Below, piece by piece: positions 20,507 through 29,479 of a DNA stretch of 64,000 nucleotides. Position 1 is the stretch's first letter, and each line of letters opens with the position of its first letter. Location of the stretch: positions 608,001-672,000 of the forward strand of contig OY781066.1 of NCBI GenBank assembly GCA_963676395.1. The letters run 5' to 3'. Under the pieces are notes generated by a model. The model made no database searches, was not told the origin of the DNA, and worked only from the letters and a program-made list of their open reading frames with translations. This DNA is from a bacterium (lineage in GTDB: Bacteria > Fidelibacterota > Fidelibacteria > Fidelibacterales > Fidelibacteraceae). The position numbers and the translations under genes are program-made.

Positions 20507-22381
20507 TTAAACCTTTGCCTTTGTACTTTTGCCTTCTACCTTGTCGTCTACGACGACTTCAGTTGACAAATGTCTAAACCATGTAAAATAAAGTGCCACA
20601 GAAAGTACAGCAAAAATCAAGCCAAGCCAAATTGCCTGTGGCCATGATTTAAATACAAGGTTCATCATGAACAAAAATAATGTTAACTGCCATGGAATAG
20701 CTAGTATTACAGAAATAATATCACGCTTATTCTCTTTTTTGATCTTCTCTTGTATGTCGGCGGGAACGCCTTTCTTGAATTCACCCCAAGCTCCAAAGGG
20801 ACGGGTAATATTGTAGAAGTTCTGCGTTGTTTTTTTATCAATAGGTTCTGTTGCCAAGGTACCCACAACAATACCGACCAATGACATTAATGAAGCTACA
20901 AGGAAACCGTAGTATTCTGGAGCCAAGGCTTCGGGTAGAATACCCGTACGCATAAAGACTTTCCATAAAATAGCCACGATCATACCGGAAGCAACACCAA
21001 TGGCATAACCGTAACCGTTTACACGGTGCCAATACCAACGGACCAACTGCGGAACAAGCAAACCTGCCCCAAGTCCCATGGTGATCCACGACCAGATCTC
21101 ATTAATATTCTTGATAAAGACAGTCAGTAAAAGACCCAATACAACGATCACAATAGATGCACCGTATGAATGTGCCATAAGCTTTTTACTGTCTGCTTTG
21201 GGATTAATATATTTTTGATAGATATCTTTTACCCAATATGCCGCACCCGCATTCACGGTTGAATCAAAAGTTGACATAGCTGCCGCCATCAATCCGGCAA
21301 TTAAGAAACCTTTAATGCCTACAGGTAAAGCATTAACCACCATCGGTAGTACCATTTCGGGATCTGTGATCTGTGTTCCCATAGATATACCCCAAATAGC
21401 CAAAGCGGCAATAAAAGGCCAGCGGAAAGAAAGCAAGCCTGTCCAGAATAATGAAAGTAAGCCGGCTTCTTTGTCATTCTTGGCGGCATAATAGCGCTGG
21501 ATCATGTAGTTTCCCGTACCACCGCTCCCTTCAAGGATAGTTTTAAAGAGGTAAAACATAACCAATACACCAAATACATTATACATGGAGTAATCCGATT
21601 CAGCTGGAATATTCAAATGCCATTGCGGTGCGAGATTCACCCACTCTTTCCAAGTGGTTCCCAAATGCATAAAACCTCCGTCTTTCAACGGTAATGCAAC
21701 CGCAAATTGTTCGGGCATCTCCAACCCCATTGAACGGATCACGATATACATGATCGCCAAAAAGATCAATATTCCTTGAAATACATCCGTCCAGATAACA
21801 CCATATAGACCTGATGCAACGGTATAGATCATCGCAATCGCAATAAGAATGAGTGCGGCCCAAAACTCTGTTCCAATGGTAACACTGCCCAATGTAATAT
21901 TCCATGAGTCGGGAATACCCAAAAATGTATCCAGAAACTTACCGCCTCCAATGGCAAAGTAAGTGATCATGGCAACAGTAAAGATAATCGAGGTAATGGC
22001 TTGGATCAACCGTGCAATATCACCCTGAGGGCCTTTGCCAAATCTTAACTGCATCCATTCCGCAACGGTCATCACACCGGAACGACGATTCCATTTACCC
22101 ATATAGATCATCAAGAAAGCCATAATCAAGGTTACACCGCCACGGATCTCAATATAAAATCCTTTGGCACCGATGGCATAAACCAAGGCTACAATGATCA
22201 TGGTTCCACTGATATCAAGATTTGATGACATTCCGGAGGCTCCCAGTGCCCACCAAGGCAAATTCCTATTGCCCAAAAAGTATGAATCAATACCTTCTTT
22301 GGCTTTTCTCTGCATCAACAAACCGACTATGACCATGGCTGTCAGGTATATACCGACAATAATATAGTCTACCGTATGCAT
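20507..22381 (-). CDS. Sodium:solute symporter (SLC5/SSS family), probably sugar
   Basis: YFLGNRNLPWW, QRYYAAK, GLMAAAMSTFDSTVN motifs; many TM helices; downstream of pullulanase. Confidence 0.92.
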   Translation of the reverse strand: MHTVDYIIVGIYLTAMVIVGLLMQRKAKEGIDSYFLGNRNLPWWALGASGMSSNLDISGTMIIVALVYAIGAKGFYIEIRGGVTLIMAFLMIYMGKWNRRSGVMTVAEWMQLRFGKGPQGDIARLIQAITSIIFTVAMITYFAIGGGKFLDTFLGIPDSWNITLGSVTIGTEFWAALILIAIAMIYTVASGLYGVIWTDVFQGILIFLAIMYIVIRSMGLEMPEQFAVALPLKDGGFMHLGTTWKEWVNLAPQWHLNIPAESDYSMYNVFGVLVMFYLFKTILEGSGGTGNYMIQRYYAAKNDKEAGLLSLFWTGLLSFRWPFIAALAIWGISMGTQITDPEMVLPMVVNALPVGIKGFLIAGLMAAAMSTFDSTVNAGAAYWVKDIYQKYINPKADSKKLMAHSYGASIVIVVLGLLLTVFIKNINEIWSWITMGLGAGLLVPQLVRWYWHRVNGYGYAIGVASGMIVAILWKVFMRTGILPEALAPEYYGFLVASLMSLVGIVVGTLATEPIDKKTTQNFYNITRPFGAWGEFKKGVPADIQEKIKKENKRDIISVILAIPWQLTLFLFMMNLVFKSWPQAIWLGLIFAVLSVALYFTWFRHLSTEVVVDDKVEGKSTKAKV

Positions 22382-22543
22382 TCTAATCTCCTTCTAAATT
22401 AGTGACGAGTATCCAGTTCCCGATCCATCACTTCACTTGTTTAATCTTCAATTGCAGTAGCGATGCTTGAATCGCTCTTTTTTTATCATTCCAACCAGTC
22501 AAAGGACCCTTTGCTTCTTTCCAGTGCCGATTTAATTATCACG

Positions 22544-24607
22544 TTACTTCTTCACCAACACAACTCCCGTCGTGGGATTGATAATAATGTAATTACTTAC
22601 TTGAAAGGGTTTGTTTAAACCTGTAGACAGTACATTCTGCCATGTACCTTCAGGTAGATTATAATGTGCATATTCCGTGCGTGAACCATTGGCTAACACA
22701 AGAATATCATGCTCATTTTTTTCATCTTTCATAATACGATAACCAATACCAAATTTTGAATCGGCATAAAAAGGTTCCATCGATTCACGAGCAGATTTTC
22801 TTAATTCCGGATATTTTTTTCTTACATCGAATACCAATGAATAGAAATCTATCAATTCCTGATTCTTGCCAGCGATATCGTAATTAATGTAATTGGTAGT
22901 ATTATCTTTATCATACGAATTGCGATCGATCATGCCTTGTTTCTCATCAAGATATTCATTTTCTTCAATGATCTTTGAGCGGGCAAATTCCTGTCCTGAA
23001 TGAATCATGGTCATCCCTTGGGATACACCCAACATAAATGCACCTAATTTATGATACTTTAATTCTTCATCATTAAGAACATGATGTTCATCAAGATCTG
23101 TAATCACTGTATGTTCTTTGGCTTTACCGGTATAAATTCGCACAAAATCACCAAAAGTTTCATCATCATGTGCTTCAAGATAATTTACACTATGACGAGC
23201 ATTTACATACTGGCCGCCATCTTCTTGCAGCGAACCCATTAAGAAACGTACTGCATTATTACGAGTAACACCATCATCCCATCTACCAAAAATAAAACCG
23301 GGACGATTATGAGGATTTTGACCTTTTATCCCATTGCGAAAACGGTCGTTCCATGACCCCCAATCTAAAGAAGAAAAATGTTCGGGATTGTACATACCGC
23401 CACCCCATGGCTCAGCAACAATCACAACATTGGGATTAACTTTTTTAGCCTCACTTAAGATCAAGCTTAAAGTCTTATCATCTATCATTGACCCCAAGTC
23501 AAAGCGAAAACCATCAATATGATATTCTTTCATCCAGTACAGAATACTTTCAACGATCATTTTTCTTGCCATCGGACTTTCGGTCTTAAAATCATTTCCA
23601 CATCCGCTTTTAGCAATAAAATCCTGATTATCATCTAAACGGTAATAATATTTTTTATCAATCAATTTAAAAGGATTAGGATCATAAGTAGAAGTGTGGT
23701 TGTAAACCACATCCATCATTACTGCAATATCTTCTTTATGTAAAGCTTTCACAAGGGTCTTAAACTCTTTCATACTTTTACCTTTATCATCGATAAAAGC
23801 CTCTTTTACCATATTCCCTTTTGAACTGTAATAATTTTCCGGAGCAAAAAAGAAAGTCGACATATAACCCCAATGATTACGTGCATATGGATTCCAAGTA
23901 TTAAATAATGCGGTCGATGAATCTCTGTAGGGAATCTCAATATTGGCAAAATCATGCAGGGGTAAAAATTCAATAGCATTCACACCAAGATCTTTTATGT
24001 AATCTATCTTATTGATCACAGAAAGGTACGTACCCGGCTTATCGGCTCCTGCCGAAGGATGTGCCGTTAAATCACGCAAGTGAGCCTCAAGCACAATCAG
24101 ATCACGTGGATCATCAGGAACAACCCATGTATCTCCGTCCCAATTGAAATCATTTTTTACAATATAAGTTCTAGCATTGATATGATAGTTATTTTGCGTA
24201 GAGACAGCTTTTGAATAAGGATCGGCAACCAGCACATCACTATTAAAGATATCACCTTTACCATTCTTTGCATGAACATAGTAACCGTAATATTTCTTCC
24301 AAAGTTTTTTATCTGTAGAAAATTCCCATACGCCGTCATTATCTCGTGTCATAGGATATACCGCAAAAGCATCACCGGTTGCTTTTTTAAATAAAGCCAG
24401 TTCAACTTTTTCAACACGAGGAGCAAATAAACGAAAAACAAATTGTCCATCTTCAATACTCATTCCCATGGCTTTATCTGAATAAAGCTTATCAAAATCA
24501 GAAGTCGTAAATGGCTTAACTTCGGGGAGCTCAGCAACAATATTTTCCTGCAATGCACAGTGAAATAATACAAAACTGCCAAGAATGAGCAAAAGTGCCT
24601 TTTTCAT
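22544..24607 (-). CDS. Type I pullulanase / GH13 debranching enzyme with CBM48
   Basis: FRLFAP, DPYSKA, WGY, DVVYNH, DGFRFDL, AEPW, NYLEAHDD catalytic motifs; possible lipobox (LFHC). Confidence 0.88.
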   Translation of the reverse strand: MKKALLLILGSFVLFHCALQENIVAELPEVKPFTTSDFDKLYSDKAMGMSIEDGQFVFRLFAPRVEKVELALFKKATGDAFAVYPMTRDNDGVWEFSTDKKLWKKYYGYYVHAKNGKGDIFNSDVLVADPYSKAVSTQNNYHINARTYIVKNDFNWDGDTWVVPDDPRDLIVLEAHLRDLTAHPSAGADKPGTYLSVINKIDYIKDLGVNAIEFLPLHDFANIEIPYRDSSTALFNTWNPYARNHWGYMSTFFFAPENYYSSKGNMVKEAFIDDKGKSMKEFKTLVKALHKEDIAVMMDVVYNHTSTYDPNPFKLIDKKYYYRLDDNQDFIAKSGCGNDFKTESPMARKMIVESILYWMKEYHIDGFRFDLGSMIDDKTLSLILSEAKKVNPNVVIVAEPWGGGMYNPEHFSSLDWGSWNDRFRNGIKGQNPHNRPGFIFGRWDDGVTRNNAVRFLMGSLQEDGGQYVNARHSVNYLEAHDDETFGDFVRIYTGKAKEHTVITDLDEHHVLNDEELKYHKLGAFMLGVSQGMTMIHSGQEFARSKIIEENEYLDEKQGMIDRNSYDKDNTTNYINYDIAGKNQELIDFYSLVFDVRKKYPELRKSARESMEPFYADSKFGIGYRIMKDEKNEHDILVLANGSRTEYAHYNLPEGTWQNVLSTGLNKPFQVSNYIIINPTTGVVLVKK

Positions 24608-24773
24608 TTCGATCTGTCTCCTAATTAATTTCGCAGTTAATATAGAGAAAACAAGTTAAAAGGAAAAAGAAAAAAGGAAAAAGTCGAAGAAGCGCCGAAG
24701 TTTTCGTACACTTAAAGCGAAGGCAAAACGCAAATATATCAATTATCATTGCAAATAATTTCATATAAACAAG

Positions 24774-24801
24774 CATAGAGGCACAACATTTTGTGCCTCT
24801 A
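24774..24801. repeat. REP-like palindrome / terminator after plsY
   Basis: ATAGAGGCACAA-catt-TTGTGCCTCTAT perfect 12 bp stem. Confidence 0.55.
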
Positions 24802-24829
24802 TTTTATATATTTATTATTTTATCTGATT

Positions 24830-25573
24830 TTATTTCTCAGGTTTCTCGCTCATGATCTCTTTTGTCTTGAGCATCGTAAAATTCGGTGGGATCACCGCAA
24901 TACCAAAAAAAAGTATACCCACGATCAGCATCCAGCCATGACCATTAAAAAGCACAAAATGGTTTCCCCAACCAATATGATCGAACAAGATAGAATTCGG
25001 ATGAATTGGATACCATTCTTTTATTAAAAGACTCTCAAGCAACAATGCCAATGGTGTGAGAAACAAGAAAACAAAGGGTGTCATTCTACCCATTGGATAT
25101 TTCTGCTTAGGAAAGATCAATTTTACAATAAAATATGAAATGGCAACGCAGATCAAAAATTGCGGGTAGATCAAAAACAACCAACAACCAAACAGAACGC
25201 CTATAGAGCCGCCTCCCTTAAATTTATAAAAGATCGGGAAACCGTGTCCATAAATTGCAGCAATACCTATTAATAAAATTGCCAAAAATTCCGCACCTTC
25301 AAATGGAATACTTACAGGTAAAACAGGTTTGCTTGAAAAGAATAAATACTTATAAAGGACCATGATTAACGATCCCTTTAATGCGTCTCCCAATAATGTC
25401 AAGGTTCCCCAAAATTTACCAATCTCCCGCATGACATTCGATGTACCGGGATTTTTATTTCCAACTTCTGTAATGTCAACATCTTTACCCATTCTTGCAA
25501 AAAGACGAGCATAGGAGACAGATCCTGAAAGGTAACCGAGTATTAAACCGGAAACCAAAATCAGATAAAACAT
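24830..25573 (-). CDS. plsY: Glycerol-3-phosphate acyltransferase (acyl-phosphate dependent)
   Basis: GYLSGS, DITEVGNKNPGTSNV.R, DALKG, GHGFPIFYKFKGGG motifs; start moved to the ATG after GGAG. Confidence 0.88.
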   Translation of the reverse strand: MFYLILVSGLILGYLSGSVSYARLFARMGKDVDITEVGNKNPGTSNVMREIGKFWGTLTLLGDALKGSLIMVLYKYLFFSSKPVLPVSIPFEGAEFLAILLIGIAAIYGHGFPIFYKFKGGGSIGVLFGCWLFLIYPQFLICVAISYFIVKLIFPKQKYPMGRMTPFVFLFLTPLALLLESLLIKEWYPIHPNSILFDHIGWGNHFVLFNGHGWMLIVGILFFGIAVIPPNFTMLKTKEIMSEKPEK

Positions 25574-25599
25574 ATATAACTCCAAAAAAATATTAATTA

Positions 25600-27186
25600 T
25601 TATTCAAGTCCAATCAATAACAAAGCCGTATGCTGACCACCATAACGGTTTTCGAATTCGATATCATCGTATTCTTCAAGTAACTCATTGGAAATTGATT
25701 CCAACTCATCCACATTGACATTATCATTATAGTATAATGTAACCGTCATGCGTTCATCCGGAGAAGCACCTTCAATAGAGTCTAGCACAACCGGCTTAAA
25801 TTCTTCGTTTACAGCTACAACATTTCCATTCATCACGGCAAAATAATAATCTTTAGGTATTTTAATGCCGGCAAACTGGGAATCTTTAATGCTTTTATAT
25901 ACCGACAAACTTTCAACCAATTCCATAGAATCATTCATCTGTATAATGTTCTCTTCCCATGAAGCATTTTTTACAAAGCCCATAATAGCCGCCACACCCT
26001 GGATCACATTTTTACTGGGAAAGATCTCAACATGTTTGTCGGTTTCTTTTTTTACCAACTGAACGGCAGGTATGATATTTTTGTCATTAGCCAATACAAT
26101 TATAACTTCATAGGGCATTTGATTTACATGGTTTAAAATATCGGCAGTATTGGGAAGATTCTTGCCATATACAAGAACATCAAGGTCTGGTTCAAAATCA
26201 TGTAATACGGAGCGAAAACCTTCGCCGGGGACTAAGGCCAAAACACCGATTTCATCTGCATGCTGAAAACGTGCCCATTCTTCTTCGAGCTGTTTTTGCA
26301 TATCCTCGATCTTTTTATTTTCAATATCACCGTATACTTGAATATGGTCGATCACAGCTTCGGGCTCATTCGTATGAACATGAAGCTTGATAATATCATC
26401 ATTTACCAATAAGGCGACACTATCACCCATATCATTTAAATAACGATCGAGATCTTCTTCAACGGTTTTTCCGTCACGACGGATCAATAGCTCCGTACAA
26501 AAACGATGCTGAACTTCAAGCATCTCTTCAATATTGGAATCAGCATCCGGTTCAAAACGATAATCCGCTTCATCTTCAATCATAACACCTTCACCGGACA
26601 GTGCGCGCTTCATGCCTTCCAAAATAAATACAAATCCCAATGCACCGGAATCGACTACTCCGGCTTTTTTTAGAATAGGAAGTTTTTCCGGAGAAATAAA
26701 CACTTCTTCCAATCCGGCCTTTACCGCAAGAGAAAAATGATCAAGTATCGTTTCGGATTTAGCATCTCTCATTGCTTTTGCAATGGCTTCAAAAACAGAT
26801 AACATTGTACCTTCACGTGGTGTAGAAACCGAGGTCTTAGAAATAAAATTACCATGAGCAAAAGCTTCACTTAATATTTCAGGGGTAATATTATCATATT
26901 TAAGAATAACATCTGAAAAACCTGCAATAAAGCGGGATAAAATAAAGCCCGAATTACCACGAGAGTTCATAGTTGTTTCTTCTTTGAAAATTTCTAATAC
27001 CGATTTAAAACTGTGATCTGCCTCTTCTTTGATCTTTTCAACTGCAGGTTGAAAGGTCAATAGCATATTTACACCCGTATCGCCATCCGGCACGGGAAAT
27101 ACATTCAAATTGTCAATGGTGTGGTAATTTGCTTTAAAATAATCCAAGCCCCCTTCAAGAGAGGATACAAAGTTATTAATTTTCAT
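25600..27186 (-). CDS. fakA: DAK2-domain fatty acid kinase catalytic subunit (FakA/YloV-like)
   Basis: LNVFPVPDGDTGVNM, RGNSGFILS, EGTML, GVVDSG, FCTE, HVHTNEP, YGGQ. Confidence 0.9.
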   Translation of the reverse strand: MKINNFVSSLEGGLDYFKANYHTIDNLNVFPVPDGDTGVNMLLTFQPAVEKIKEEADHSFKSVLEIFKEETTMNSRGNSGFILSRFIAGFSDVILKYDNITPEILSEAFAHGNFISKTSVSTPREGTMLSVFEAIAKAMRDAKSETILDHFSLAVKAGLEEVFISPEKLPILKKAGVVDSGALGFVFILEGMKRALSGEGVMIEDEADYRFEPDADSNIEEMLEVQHRFCTELLIRRDGKTVEEDLDRYLNDMGDSVALLVNDDIIKLHVHTNEPEAVIDHIQVYGDIENKKIEDMQKQLEEEWARFQHADEIGVLALVPGEGFRSVLHDFEPDLDVLVYGKNLPNTADILNHVNQMPYEVIIVLANDKNIIPAVQLVKKETDKHVEIFPSKNVIQGVAAIMGFVKNASWEENIIQMNDSMELVESLSVYKSIKDSQFAGIKIPKDYYFAVMNGNVVAVNEEFKPVVLDSIEGASPDERMTVTLYYNDNVNVDELESISNELLEEYDDIEFENRYGGQHTALLLIGLE

Positions 27187-27203
27187 GTGTTACACTTCTT
27201 CTA

Positions 27204-28085
27204 TTACGTTCCAATCACATATCCCATTTCGAAATAATCAGGTCCGAGATGCGGCATATGTGCAAAGTTTGAGTAGTTTAATTCGAAATAGAGGTTCCAA
27301 GCAAGTTCCTCTGCAGCGGCCTCTAACAGTTTTTTCATATAAAGACATTCTTTATCATGTCCGCTTACATAAGACATACAAACCGTAAGTTTCTTGCTGT
27401 TCTTTTCGGCCATATGTTCTTTAATGGTAGAAATAAAACGGGCACATGCCTGCTTGTAATTTCTTGCTTTACCCATGGCCTTAATCTCACCGGATCCGGG
27501 AACAGCATACAATAAAGGAATAATTCCCAATGCCGTACCCATCACGGCAGATGCCAAACCTACACGACCACCTCTGTGTAAATAGAACAAATCATATAAA
27601 GCACCCATTACATGAGTATTCCCAACATTCTTTTCAAGAATAGCTAAGCATTCTTCACGAGTAGCGTCCTTACCATCGAGCTCATTTAACATAGCGATAA
27701 GCTGAACACCTACTCCGGATACCAAGCTCTTCGTATCAAAAGATTTTACATCAAATTCCGGATGATTTTCTAATGCGGCTTTTAATCCTTCCGCTGTAGC
27801 TTGAGTATTTCTCAAGGCTTGAGTTATCACGATCATTTCTTCGCCTTTGTTCTTTTCAAAGGCTTCAACGAACATAGCTTCGGATGCTCCAATGGTCGTG
27901 ATCTTGTTGTTCTTATCTCTCATGAGCTTAACAAACTTTTCTTTTTCTTCACGCCAATTGGGCATATCCCACGACTGTGGGTACTCTTCCCCGTTTAACA
28001 GAACGGGCATATCAACAATAGTTAAACCTAATTCTTTAATTCGTTCGGGTTCTAATTGACAAGTACTATCAATAACGATCTTCAT
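27204..28085 (-). CDS. DegV family fatty-acid-binding protein (FakB-like)
   Basis: KIVIDST, FDTKSLVSGVG, LHRGGR, PHLGP; adjacent to the DAK2 gene; GGAGG RBS. Confidence 0.88.
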   Translation of the reverse strand: MKIVIDSTCQLEPERIKELGLTIVDMPVLLNGEEYPQSWDMPNWREEKEKFVKLMRDKNNKITTIGASEAMFVEAFEKNKGEEMIVITQALRNTQATAEGLKAALENHPEFDVKSFDTKSLVSGVGVQLIAMLNELDGKDATREECLAILEKNVGNTHVMGALYDLFYLHRGGRVGLASAVMGTALGIIPLLYAVPGSGEIKAMGKARNYKQACARFISTIKEHMAEKNSKKLTVCMSYVSGHDKECLYMKKLLEAAAEELAWNLYFELNYSNFAHMPHLGPDYFEMGYVIGT

Positions 28086-28308
28086 TGTCACTCCTCCTGA
28101 TTTGCATTAAGTATAAACAAAAATATTTTTGTATCCAAGTTTCAATTGTCTGAGTTTAGGGTAGCGTTTTAAATACCGAACACGGTTTACCAGTGCGATT
28201 AGCTAAACGTAAAATCAGAATAATTATTACTCGGCAACCATAGATTTTAAGCCAAGGCTATTATAATTCATTCAATTATCCTCAGAAAACATCATAACAT
28301 TTATTCTT

Positions 28309-29190
28309 CTATGTATGAATAACATAACCCATTTCATAAAAATCCGGTCCCATATGGGGCAGTAACGAGAAATTACTATGATGAATATAGACTTTTGTAT
28401 CCCAACCAAGTTCTTCCGATGCTCTTTCAAGCTGCGCCTTCATATGTTCACATTCTTTGTTGTGCTCATTCGTATAGGCCATATTCACCGTTAACTTTTT
28501 ACTACTATTTTTATTCATCTCATCTTTTATAGCTGATAAAAATCGTGCATTTGCCTGTTTAAAATTCCGAACTTTTCCGGTGGACTTCAACATGCCTGAT
28601 TGTGGTGTTGAAGATAAGAGTGGATAAAGGTGCAAAGCCGTTGCCATAGCAGCTTTTGCAAAACCAAGCCTCCCGCTTCTATGCAAATAAAAAAGATCAT
28701 ATAAAAGACCAACCACCCAGGCATTCTCACGATTTTTTTCAAGAATGGCATAAGCTTCATCTCGATTAAGCTTTTTATCTTCCATTTCTCGTAATAATGC
28801 TAAGCCTTGTACACCGACGCCTGAAGCCAAAATTTCCGTATCAAAGACTTTTACATCATATTCCGGATGTTCTTTCAGAACTTTTTTCAATGAATGACCT
28901 GTGGCTTTGCTATTATTCAGGGACTGAGTGATTAAGAGAATCTCTTCCCCTCTATACTTTTCAAAGATCTCGGTAAAAGTTTTTTCAGTAATTCCCGATG
29001 TTGCAGGTTTATTGTTCTTTTCACGTATTAATTCAATATATTTTTGCTTTTCTTCCCTGATATTGGGAGCATCCCATTGAGTTTTATATTCTTCACCATT
29101 GAGGTACAATGGGTAATCAATGAAACCCAAACTCAATTCTTTAATAACTTGCGGTTCAATTTGACAGGTACTGTCAATAATAATCTTCAT
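28309..29190 (-). CDS. DegV family fatty-acid-binding protein (FakB-like), tandem paralog
   Basis: KIIIDST, LHRSGR, PHMGP; colinear with 27204..28085. Confidence 0.88.
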   Translation of the reverse strand: MKIIIDSTCQIEPQVIKELSLGFIDYPLYLNGEEYKTQWDAPNIREEKQKYIELIREKNNKPATSGITEKTFTEIFEKYRGEEILLITQSLNNSKATGHSLKKVLKEHPEYDVKVFDTEILASGVGVQGLALLREMEDKKLNRDEAYAILEKNRENAWVVGLLYDLFYLHRSGRLGFAKAAMATALHLYPLLSSTPQSGMLKSTGKVRNFKQANARFLSAIKDEMNKNSSKKLTVNMAYTNEHNKECEHMKAQLERASEELGWDTKVYIHHSNFSLLPHMGPDFYEMGYVIHT

Positions 29191-29479
29191 ACTTATTCCT
29201 CCAGCGTGTTGCCGTATTATAGGGATTCTTTATTATAAATACACTTATTTATTTGGGGTTAAATTTACAGGTTTAGGGTTTAAGGTCATTAGGATAATTT
29301 TAGCTTATCGAAGTATTTTGGCTTCCGTATTCTGGATTCCGGTATCCTTTGATCTTTCACTTTATTCATTAATCATAATTGCCTCAATTCTCAATCGAAT
29401 TGTCAATTATCCTTTGTCAATCATCAATTTTATTGTATTTTCCCTCAAACTAAAGAAAGAACGAATATTGGAGAATAAG

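Noticed and set aside
29318..29479. N-terminal extensions in the ORF track (also 3915-3941, 57096-57134, 62866-62967)
   Set aside because: Downstream ATGs have clear RBSs and give proper signal peptides or family N-termini
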